Below are positions 50,001 to 61,581 of a stretch of 64,000 bases of DNA, one piece after another; the stretch's first letter is position 1, and every line of letters starts with the position of its first letter. Below the pieces are notes generated by a model that worked only from the letters and a program-made list of their open reading frames with translations, made no database searches and was not told the origin of the DNA. The stretch spans positions 2,728,001-2,792,000 of the forward strand of contig JAYWIR010000020.1 in assembly GCA_036172245.1 (NCBI GenBank). The letters are read 5' to 3'. The translations under genes were made by a program, and so were the position numbers. Origin of the DNA: Raillietiella orientalis. Lineage: Eukaryota.

Positions 50001-50622
50001 AAAAACTCTTTCCTTGCATACATGATCAGACAAACTTTTTTAGAGCTCAATTTGAAATACAAAGGCAACTCACATTATTGTGTTTAATACTTACCTTTTT
50101 TATTAATTAAAATTACGTTAATCTTATGTTACCCTTTACATGTTGAATTAAACTAATGCATTATTCGGTGTTTCTTAAACATACAAAATATTAACCTTAG
50201 CTCTGAAGAACTTTGGACATAAGTCATGAAGCCAATCCAATAAACAAAGCTGAATACTTTCAGAAATACGACAACACTTTGCCTTTTCTAAGTCTGAGCA
50301 AAGAACTTCAAACAACTGTTCTGCAGCTTCTTCAACAGTTAGGCAAACCGCATTTTCTTTTGGTCCCACTTTCCAAAAAAAATAAATAAATATATATATA
50401 TATATATATATGAATCAAGATACCCTTATTTAAAGTGTTTTACTTCTCAATTTTAAACATTATAAATCTATCAAATGAAAATATTCAACCAATAAAATAT
50501 ACAGCTTTGGGGGCAATGAATGGTAGCTATGAATGGTAAAACTTACTATCCAATATTCCATCAATTTGTTCCAAAGCAGCCTCAAGCATTTTACTGGCTT
50601 CAAAGTAATTAGTTCGGTTCAT
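47070..50622 (-). CDS. PPFIBP1: Liprin-beta (PPFIBP family), ~614 aa
   Basis: Exons 50622-50547, 50368-50196, (optional 49392-49363), 49088-48906, 48850-48718, 48677-48495, 48443-48329, 48284-48177, 48135-47973, 47930-47673, 47630-47465, 47410-47208, 47153-47070. N-terminal ASKMLEAALEQIDGI, coiled coil, SAPNL, KIFGK, FKRGGLRAT, three SAM domains (WLDDIGLPQ; WTNHRVMEWLR..DLAEYAPNLRGSGVHG; IPPSKTLLRRHL) and C-terminal LVCPLE. The symbol denotes the family; vertebrate paralogues cannot be distinguished. Confidence 0.92.
50391..50411. repeat. (TA)10 microsatellite in the first coding intron of liprin-beta
   Basis: Ten perfect TA units directly visible. Confidence 0.95.
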
Positions 50623-52475
50623 GTCTCTTCAGCTAGCTTCTAGTTGCAGTGCTCGCAATTTTTTAACTTCATTTTTGAACAGACCACCTATAATACCTGA
50701 AAAAAAATTTATGATACACTCACACATGTTCTTATCAAAACTTTCAGTAAAAAACAAAACACACATTTTACAGAATACAAATTACATTCCTTGTTTCCGT
50801 ATATTTGACTAAAGTTTGAGTACAAGGCTAGAAATAATGTTACATGCAATAATTGGAATCAGCTAGGTCAAAGACATTTATGCAAGCATTTTTGATTACT
50901 TTACAAGAAATTTTCCAGGAAACATTTTAAATTGTCTATATTGAAATTTCCAATATTTGCAATACGAGTAACCTATCCAAAGAATGCTCTTTTGCTTGAA
51001 TACAATCTATTTCCATAGAAGCCAACGCGGGATAAAATTTTAGAGTAATGAAACCAAATAAAATGTACTTCTTTTTTACCATTTTTTTAAATATAACCTC
51101 TTTTCAAAATGCACATCCTCATAATTAAAAGTTAAAAATCACAATGGTTACACAACTAATACTTGCTCTGGAGAGCCCACAACACCGAAACATCACACAC
51201 GCTAACGTGCGCCGCACAATTGTACACGGAAAGTCATTCTTCCCCCGAAAACCCTCGACATTCAGCAAATTTTACTTTACCATCAGAATTAAATCCGGGG
51301 ATTATTACCGTAATTTATAAAATCTGCCAGAAAAGTGCTCATCCCACAAAGGAACAGAGTAAAAATACGTGCTCCTTTTATTTTTTTTCTGAAAACATGT
51401 ACTTGAAGATGCAAGTTGCATGTACGAATTCATAATGCGATTCGCTCGCAATTAGTACACAACGAAACGGTATAGTTTAAAATACAAAAGTGTCCCTCTT
51501 TGTGAATTAGTGTTGATTATTTGAGTAATTTTGAAGCTGCTGTAATGGGTCATCATATTAAAGTCCTCAAATTAAAGCCCTTGCATTTTTGATTTACAGT
51601 GGACTTCCGATGGAAACTGATTTTAATAATTTTAATAATTGATTTTAATACTTGATCTTAATAATTCATAATTTTTCATTGAAGTCAAAATAATCTGTCA
51701 TGAAAAGATTGTAATTATTAGGCAAATCAGGCATATGCATCATCATGTCTGTAATTGTATGCTTGCATTTACCTACAGAGATGCAGGTTTACAGAACCAT
51801 ATAAAAACAAATTTGGCAACGGTCTTAATTTACTGTGATAACAGTTCTTGTCGAATGATATGCAAATATACTTCTCGAGATGCTAAAGGACTTGGATTTT
51901 TTTTTTTCTGAGTGGAGGGGGATGCATTCAAACTCAACACCGAGTGCAATCACGTGGTGACATTCATTGCGTTTTCCTTCGTACTATTTATTAGCTATAT
52001 GTCTGATTCGAAAGACAGTCTTTATATGAATTTTTTTCTTAATGAAAACTTAATATTTTCAGACATGAGGCATTTAAACAGGATTTTTGTTAAAATTTAC
52101 ATTTGAAATCATGCACCCTTTTCAGTTAAGAGCATTCTGACTTTGTTGCCTATCTAAACGAGCAATTTTAAATTTTGGTTCTTCTAAAATGCATTTATCA
52201 AAAATGAAATCATAGATCTTCCTTTATAGTGACTTCTGAATACCTATAATTCTTTAATGAGCATTGCTATCTAGGAACTTAGTCTTACCGGTTATAATAG
52301 CTGCAATATGGTTATCATATTTTAAAAAGGTCTATAAGATTTTTAAACTAGCGAAGATATGTCCTTTGGAGAGAGAAAACGCTACTTTGATTGTTTGAAT
52401 TACCTTTTTTGTTTACTTTATGATTTTTAATCCATCAGAATTAAGCGCACTTCCTCATTATTTTATTTATCCTAT

Positions 52476-53920
52476 TCAGTGTCGAACTCGAAATGATGCA
52501 CTGTGGTACTCTGTCCGTGAAAGAGTGAGCATCTGTACACGAACAAATGGATAAAACAGCTTCCGTATCATTGTAGAATAATGAAAGAATTGTGGATACT
52601 CACGATTGCTAAATGCTTTTGTTCACCAGACCACATTAGAGACTCATCAAAAACATCATATAGCTCGGTGGAAGGCTTTTTGTGTCAAATACCCTGTTAA
52701 TAAAAGAATAAGTAAAGAAACAACTGGATGCTTTGTTGATTCTTGCTACTATGATCGGTACTGTTTGATACCCTAGGTGCTACTGTGCAAAAGTAGCCAA
52801 GATTGTCAATGTACTTGTATTTCATCAAGTTTCCTTGAACAAAGTTTCTCTTCTTTAATAAGGCATTGAAAAGTCTCTGATGCATACTCAATTTGTTGAG
52901 ATTTTGGCTACTTACCTATCCATCTATTCGAAGTTTGTACTTTTAAAAGTCCAGTTGCTATGATTACTGATGTTCTGAATTATTAGGCCTCAATTTCTAA
53001 CTGCTTTTTTGTAAAATAAAAAAATGTCGCTGACTCTAGCAGTGCTTTGTATTAAGTCTCTTTTGATTTTGCAGGTTCCGAAACATTACTACCGCATTGC
53101 ACTGGACTTTTCAACATTGATTACCATAAATCTGAACTTACTATACTGTCTCGAATTTCCTAAGGAACAGCTGGCTGGTGGGTTGAATAATGTCTTATTG
53201 ATTGCATGTTTTAGAACTTCTGGAGAAGCATCACATAACTTATTGACACTTGGGATTTTTTTCAAATTTAACAAGCAACATAATTGAGTCAGTTGCTAAA
53301 GAGGGGTAGTAGCTGTTGCATATTCGTTCCTCGCATCTTGGGAAGGACTGCAAAATTTATCGCATACTTGATATTATCCTGAAAACTTAAGGTGGTATAA
53401 GCAAATACCTTTTCAGATTTCAAACTTTGTTGATGACATCTGGAAAACTGACACGACCCAACAATCGTAAAGACTACTCCTGCTTAATAAACCAATCTAC
53501 CTACTTTGCTACCAGTCTCGAAGGTTTCTTCTGGAATGACTTTCTGCAGCATTTCTGATAACGGAAGCGTGCTAATAAAATGCAAAGGCCTTTGCAGATT
53601 CTGCTGTATCTAGAGCATGAGGGAACACCCTCGCATCAACATCTAGAAACTGAACGATCCTGGATGTTCCACTCTTGGACTCGGGACCAGAAGGTGAACT
53701 AGTCTGCATATATCCCAGAGAGGGATACATTAGCATTCAGAGAAGGAGGCTAGGATTTTATGTTATTTGGAGTTGACTTGCAGAAGAAATGACTCGCATT
53801 TCATCTTCAGCTTATTGCTTTGCCAGCGAAGGGGAGTGGAAGGAAGCCCACTAAATGCAGCCGCATCTACCGACTCAGACAAAGTTGTCTACAGAATTTG
53901 CAGGACGAGTAATTGCCCTA
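52476..53920 (-). other. Possible unannotated spliced minus-strand transcript or decayed gene
   Basis: Intron-like segments of the typical local size (52560-52603, 44 nt; 52877-52915, 39 nt), another GTAAGT donor near 53141, and AATAAA just past a stop at 52476. I could not assemble one continuous ORF. Confidence 0.3.
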
Positions 53921-55403
53921 TAAGATATGCAATTCAATCAACAAAAACTCTTTAAAAAGTTAATCATGTGTTCACATACTAATACGTACTTTTCGTTAAT
54001 ATCTTATAACGCACGCATCGTTTCATCTATTTCTGCTGTTTATGCTTGTTGCAATATAAACAATGAAAATATTTTTCTATCCATTCTCTTGTCTTAATTT
54101 TGGCCTATTATAGAACCAATTAAGTGGATGGTTCAATTCGTCTTAATTAGAATACTTTCCAAGAACTATTTCCAAACTGAATTTGGGCATTGAGGAATTG
54201 TTTGGGTAGAAGATTCTTAACCTTTATTCTGCACTTTTTTGAACAATCTCGATCTGAATTGGATTTCAGGGTTAATTATTGGAGTAGTGCAACTTGCATA
54301 CCCGAGATCTTCAGAGATTTACTTCAATATGAGAAGGATATGAATCGAAGAGCATTATAATTATGAGTTGCAAGAAGTTTGAGGAAGAAACTCATCGAAC
54401 TCCTTTTTTAACTATATGATATTTTCTAAAACTTTAAAGTTGATTAATTTATTTATTAAAGTCAAGTAAGCTTTGATAAGCCTGAAGAATGGAAACGTGT
54501 TTGTGTACATCAAAGCACGACTACGATTTCCTTTGGTTCAGAAGCGCGTAAGGAATTCTGTGCGGGTTACTGTTTGCAGTCCAAAGATACGTGCTAAGCT
54601 GATGTGAAGGTTGCTTGCATTGGTGTTACAAAATTAAAGGTTTACCTGTATTCGGGAAAGGTAGCTTTGTTTCTTGGTGGGATAATCTTTTGTACAAGAA
54701 TATTGTTTCACATGTGAAAAGCTCATGAAATCAAATTAGCGCACCCATAGCTCATGGATGGTATTCAGTACTCACTCAGTACCTCATGGATATTTAATTT
54801 GATGAAACCAGATCAGCCTAATCCAATGAATTAATCTAGCCTAGGATTTTCTTTCTATGAAGATGTAGTAGTGTTTTCATGTTTGCATAATGTGATTACA
54901 GAGAGTTCACATTAATGTGAAGATTATAATCCATGTAAATATTTGGTTTCAAATTAGTTTCAATTGGTTTAAACGGATAAACGTTTTTATTAAACGGATA
55001 ATCAATTTATTTGTTGTATCACAAAATGGTTCATTGTATTCAAATTTTTCTGTGCTGTTTTCTTAGCAAACTGTTATTTTGGTAGTTGAGTGTTTCTTCT
55101 AGGTTTGTTTGATCATTGTGCCATTTAAGTGTAACGGTGCTTGTAGAATACATCACAAGCACGGTTTATTTAATAATGGAAACATGTCTGCCGATTAAAG
55201 ATTCCTATGATTTATCGTTTTGGAAGTTGACGTTTATTTTATTTTATTTTAGATGCATCACCTTCAACAGTAATAAAAATATGAATAAAAAAATAAATAT
55301 CAACATATCTCATTTTTGATGAGATTGTGAAATTGATTTTCTGGTATTATCGTATTTAGATTTTATTGTGTTTATTGTGTAATCTGTGATCCGAACAAAG
55401 ACA

Positions 55404-56118
55404 ATGTGGATGCACATAGTTTTTGCATTTAGCCTGATAGCCGTGGGTATAGCCGTCATTACTTCAGAAAGCATATTGGCGAGATTATTAGTTTCAAAAG
55501 TAATTCAAAACAAGTATTTAGTAGAAGGACAAGATGTTGTTGTACGCTATGATGTTTATAATGCTGGTAAAGATGTGGCCATCGATGTTATACTTGAGGA
55601 TGAAAATTTTCGTGACACAGCTTTTGAGTTTATAGCTGGTTTCCCCATTGCTAAATGGGATAGACTTTCTGTGTATCCTTTATGAGTGACCAGAGTAACA
55701 AATTTCACTTAATCAGAATTTAGAGGTGCAAATGTGACCCATAGCATTATTGTGCGTCCCAAAATAACAGGTTCCTTTAATTTCACTTCTGCCAAAATCC
55801 AGTACCGGCTCTCTGAGGATTCTGAAGCTGTGAGAATAAGTCAAAAAAAATAGGTGATTTTTTTTTTTTAATTCTGTTATCAGATTCAAGTTGGATGGAG
55901 TTCAGAAGCTGGACAAGGATACATTGTTCCTAGCATGGAGTTTAAAAGAAAATTTTCTTCTCATACAGTGAGTAGGGTCCATGCTTAATGAAAAGGTACT
56001 ATTCCTAAAGTAGTTTGACTGGCTAGCCTTTGGTGTAATGACTATGCCATCAGTGTCAATTCCCTATTTGCTCTGGTGGTGCACGAAGAGCAAATATGAA
56101 AAAAAAAAAAATTCTTAG
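55404..56118 (+). CDS. SSR2: Translocon-associated protein subunit beta (TRAP-beta), ~187 aa
   Basis: Exons 55404-55672, 55724-55829, 55884-55967, 56014-56118 (564 nt). Signal peptide, ARLLVSK..NKYLVEG.D, WDRLSVGANVTH, FNFTSA, FSSH..DWLAF..MT.PS..IP..LW. Confidence 0.96.
55673..55723 (+). other. U12-type (minor spliceosome) GT-AG intron, 51 nt
   Basis: Donor GTATCCTTT and branch-like TTCACTTAAT about 12 nt from the AG, with no polypyrimidine tract. Splicing here restores the conserved WDRxxxxxNVxH spacing. Confidence 0.8.
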
Positions 56119-59100
56119 AAAATTCTCTATGAATGTATGGAACATTTTGATATTTATAGAATTGTTAATATGGGGCAGCTGCAAGAAATTCTACAAGAGT
56201 TAATAGATGATTGTTATAAACAAGTAAACTATTATTTCTTCAAAGCAAAGTGGTGATGCAGACATGCCTGATTTTGCTGTGGATATTAATTTGATAGTAA
56301 TTTCTACTATTAATACGTTATCATAACATATTAAGATAAATTTTGTTTTCATTGTATAATGAGGATAATGAGGATTTTTTCATGTATCAAGGACAGTAGC
56401 TGAAGAAAGCAAGAGAAAAAGCAGTCATTTCAGTTGAGTAACTTGATAAGAATTTATGCCTCTATCTGTCTCAAATAGGGATTTAAGAGATTATCAGAAA
56501 AGAGCAAGTTGATATATCACAATACTTTGTTCAGTTTTGTTAAGGTATAGAAAAAGCTTTATAGGTAAACTTGTGTCAAGTTATCATTTCTCATGATAAT
56601 TCCATTTTCAACTGTTTTTCACTTTGGGCTTCAAGTTAAATTGCAAACTGTATTCTTGTTCACAGTCGAAGTTTGCATTGTTTGCTTAAAAATTCTCCGT
56701 GAAATATTTTAAAATGTTACTTTAGAGCATTAAGATGATTATATAATTCTTAAAGAAAAAAAAAAAAAAGTTTAGCGAGTATGGATAAGTTTTCAAACAG
56801 CATTAGACTTTTACTGGCAGATTTCAATCACATAGACAGGCAGATGCATTGATTAAATTTTAATGTAATTTTAAATGCAATGGATTTGAATTTACAAAGG
56901 AATATGTCATGTGTAAAAAAGTTTTTGTTTCATATTAAAGTATGGGTTGATTATGTTTGTATTTCTGTATGATGGAAATTTTTTTATTTAAGGGTACATT
57001 ACTTTAAGGGTAAATTGTTTACTTAGGGCTGCTTCCAGTCATAAATAATGTTTAGCATTTATTCCTAGTTGGTAAACCTTATTAGTGGCCAAACGTTCAA
57101 ACTTGAAAAACCTCTTGTGATTAAAAAAGTGTAGTTATTTGACAAAAGGAAAAGATCAAAACAACAACAGACAAAACATTTAGGCATTCTTTGTTCTCGA
57201 AAACAATCATGCAATTAAGTACAACTCAAAGTTGAGGCTTAATGAAAGTGATGATGTGGGATAACTTAGAGATAAGACAAGAGAAGAAAGCAACACAGTG
57301 TTGAAAACGGATAAAGTCATCTTAGTCTTCGTTTTAGTAGGATCAACTACTTAGAATCTTGTCCTTCAGACTTGTAAAAAGTATAGCTGAAAGGCCTTTA
57401 AGCATTGGCTTGCAGCATGGTAATTCAATGATTTGTAAGTATTTTTCTGTGAAAATTTGCATGGCATTGCCAATATTGTTGCTCCTGCCATTTGGCAAAG
57501 AAAAGGTGCCTGAGAATATTCCCCAAGCGTTCCTTGAAAATATTTTCTCAGAACAGGTGTTTCAGTCACTTCTTTCAAGCACAATATGATTAATACTTAA
57601 CTGTCTGAATTTTTCAAAAATTGGGCATTGATGCAAAGAAAATTATCAAAGTGTTGAGGCCTGTCTTTTCATACTGCAGCCTGGAGGCACGGAAAATGAA
57701 CTGGGAACTTCTGATTTTAAATTTCAAGAGGTCCGGATTCCAGAAAAAAAAGTGTATTTCTCATTACACTTGATCATAAGATGTTTGTATAATAGAAACA
57801 ATCCAGAAAATTTGACATCACAGTTATGAGCTATTTGTTTCACAATTCCAATGCTCTGAAACTTTTTCACAGTGCCATTCATGCATCAAATTTTTTGTCG
57901 CATCAATTTGGATTTTCTTCCTTGTAACTTTCCACATAACTGCTGTTGATTGTGGTGTTATTTGTTGCATCACAGTAATGTGTTGACAGTTATTTTGCAG
58001 TTGGCTCCATATGTGATCACTAATGGTTTATGCTAAGATGAAAAAATATCCCTGCTCTTGGTGCAGCTAATTAATTAATCAAAACTCTGAAGGAGATTCT
58101 CAGATACTAATGAAAAGACATTTCAGGAAATGTATACAAAATTAATGTTTATTATAGGATTCTGAGTATGCTAAAGGAATCAGAATTGTTGGTCACTCTG
58201 GACAGACAAAAGGTTGCATTTCATTGTTCTTGTTTAATTCTTTATTGATGTTTAATATATTATTTGAAGCTTATTTACATGTAGATTATGGAATCAAGAG
58301 GTGCTGAAATTTAATGGGTATTCTGTTGTGGAAATTTTAGATTATAAATGGAACAGCAACAACCTGCTTGTGTGTAATTTGTGTACAGTAAAGAGGGAAG
58401 TTTCAGTTTTTGGAGTTGGTGGATGACTGTAGGCAGACGTGTGAAGCTGCTTCCAGTCATTTTTGGCATATCAGTATGATTTTTGGTTTCCATGTTGGAG
58501 TTGCATGCAGGAATGCAGTGCATATGATGGTCCAAAGTACCAGTGGGTCGGTTCTCATTTCAAGTATTGCAGTAGAGGAATCAGCAATTCTTAAACTCTT
58601 GAAAGCTGTGCTCCAGTATTTGGGTTTGAGTAATGAATTTTTGACCATGTTTGTTTGCATCATTGGTGTTTGCTTCTGCATGCAGACTTCACTTGTAAGG
58701 CAATAAAATGGAATCTTGGTACACAGAATGGTTCGATGTACAGGATAAGATTCCCAGACATTTTGTCAGTGACGATCATGACATGGGAAGTTTGGTAAAT
58801 GATTCCTGTGAGGTAAGTAATTCGCAGAATGCTGACTTGCTTGTCATTGCCATGATGATTTTAGTCTCGAATCATTTTCTTTCTGAAGGGTCACCGGGCG
58901 ATCGAGATGCAGTTCATTTGCTAGCTGCACAGCACAGGGTTGGTGATCGCAGTTTTCGATGGTTTCTCGCGACCTTCCGCTCTTTCCGTTATTTTTTGTC
59001 CTGAGCATCTTTGGGCTCTGATTTGACTAGTTGAGTTGAAACCTTTTTTGCTGCCTGGGCGTGGCCATATCAAATGATACATCTAGGTAGGCAGCATAGG

Positions 59101-61581
59101 GATGTGTTAGCAAAAGATGATTTTTGAAAGTGTTGAATGTTTTTTTTTTATTTTTGGCCACATACCAGTGCAAAAAGCTCCAGTAAATTGCAGCAAGCAC
59201 CCTTTGTACTCAACAGAAGTTGTTGGCAGATTTCGGCTGGACACTTAGGTGTTGGTGAGCTTAAGTTCAGCTGCACTGTAACTTTGTGAAATTCCGGTTG
59301 AAATTCGGCTTTCATCAGCATCTGCATGTTTGCCGGCTGCTTTGATCTATGTCAGTCGGTTAAACTATTTAGTACTGCAGATTTATTTCCAAATGGGAGC
59401 ATTGGCGGATTTTCTGCTGAAGAGGTGGAATGGGTGGTTGAAATCGTTTGTCATGGTATTGCAGTCCATGACACCAGTAACATAGCATAAGTACGTATTC
59501 TTTACATGACTTTGCCGCTGTTTGACCCGGCCGTTGCTTTGACAGTAGAAGCAACAAAGGCCGTAGACGTGGCTGACAAAAGTCAGCTTCACGTTTTTGC
59601 GATCTCTGCCTTCCGGAGCTGTTTGAATTTCTGGAATTGTGGTGCTGTGCAAAACGCGCGTGGCCGCGTGAGTTGAAGGACTTTCACTTCAGATGAGAGC
59701 AATGAAACTGGGAAGATGTTTGAAAGTGTGTCTGTTATATGTGTCGAATTCAGGACCGTGGAGCAGTGCGTAACGCTTTATCGGGTCAGGAAACTTGATG
59801 AAGTGTCACGCGTGTTTTCCCATGGGTTGGGACGGTTTGCATCACCATGGTGTCTGAATCACATCCATCCCGATATTTCTGTTCTGTAGTGGTTTGCAGA
59901 AATGCCACGACCGAGGAGCTTCTCATTTTCACACGATTCTCCAAGAAGCGAGGTTGCATTTTTCGGATTTCTATCCCCATTGACTGTAGGCCGGATGGAT
60001 AACTCCCACGTGTTCACACAGTGGTAAATCGTTGAGATCTCGCCCTTTTGTCTGGTGTTTATCAGCGGCCGTTATCAGGTGAGAGAAAATATCGCAATAA
60101 AAGTTAGCTTTACGTTGATTGCTGGAAGTATCTCCCCCCGGCACGATCTCATCTTATCATCTTTACAACAGCGAGAGATCGGTTCCGGAGTGGCGGCAGT
60201 GGCAACCAATGTATCTTTTGGGATGATCCTTAGGGCCATGTGCGCTCGTAACAAAAAGCTGCTTTCTGGAATCGCTGCGCCAAGAGCGACGACGGTCCAT
60301 CACTACATATAGGTTGTAGGAGATTCTAGCGATTAAGCCATGCAGTCAAAGTAGTGAAGTTCAAGCTCATTACATATTGTGACTGCAACGGTTTTACAGA
60401 GGTCATGGAATCACGAGATCCAGATAACGCGACAACAAGTGAAAAGTACAATCTTGCGCAAGACTTTGTGATATTTCTCATTACACTGTACACCGAATCT
60501 CCACAAGAAATCGTTTATGGAGGGGAGAGGGGGGGGGGAAGCGAAAGGTTTTAACTGGTTGCAATGGTTAGGGTGGACTTCATTTTCGATCTAAATCTGA
60601 TGACCTTCATGTGTTTTCTTGAAATGCATTTTACAAAAATTTGTTCTCGTAAAACTTCCGGTTTAAATTTGTCGAATACATGAACATTTTAGGAAGCGAG
60701 GGCATTTTTTTTTTTATAATTAGTCTTGGCTGCTGCATTTCCCGGAGGCGCTTGCAAAAAATTCAGTATCTCCCGAATTGCCTTTATTCCTCTGGGAATG
60801 TTAGACAGGTACAAACGTGTTGACCTTTTAAGTCAGCATTTTCAATCAGGATTCAAACGAATCGAAAAACGAATTTTTCATCCACTGATAATCACCCTTT
60901 CTTCTGAAGAAGTGCTTCCTTATCTAAATCCCTCCATCATCCAAGTGTAATCCATGCAATTTTTTCGACATCCATGCTTAATTTTAACAAACACACGCAT
61001 ATACGCGCGCATTCGCTGTGTATGCCCACAAAACACCAACGGTGATCGACTGGTACGATCGGTGCACTGTTTAGGATGCTGAGCTATTAAAGAGGGGACA
61101 GTGGTGCTACTTCCGCATTGCGCATGCATTCGATCCGAAGCTTTCCTGAATCTTCGACCTTTTGAAACAGCCCTCCGTCAATACATTGCTCACACGTAAA
61201 ATCACTCTAATCACATTCTGTATCCATCAGAAATCGGAACTGCCTTTTCCGTACGCTGTCAACATTAAGAAATCTGCGAAAGCATCTTCACGAGTTTGGG
61301 GTTTCTGTAAACTTGATGTGCTAAAACGTGTACTGTTAAAATGCATCGAGTGCTTAAAAGTGAAAGCACAACATCCGGTTACAGGATTCCCATAAAAATG
61401 CAAGCTGTATTAGAAACTCTCTAAAGGCCTTCGATGTTGAAAGTCTTGTCGAGGAAAATGTTCACAAAACAGTCAGGCGGAGGTCGCCAGTTGCATCTAA
61501 AATCTTAAACTCGGGTCACAGATAAGTCGTGCCTGCACTGGGAGACACCGGATGAGATCAAAAAAGAATCAGCACACAAAG

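Noticed and set aside
51619..51675. Short TTTTAATAA tandem repeats (also the AAACGGATAA duplication near 54970-55000)
   Set aside because: Ordinary slippage repeats in AT-rich intergenic DNA.
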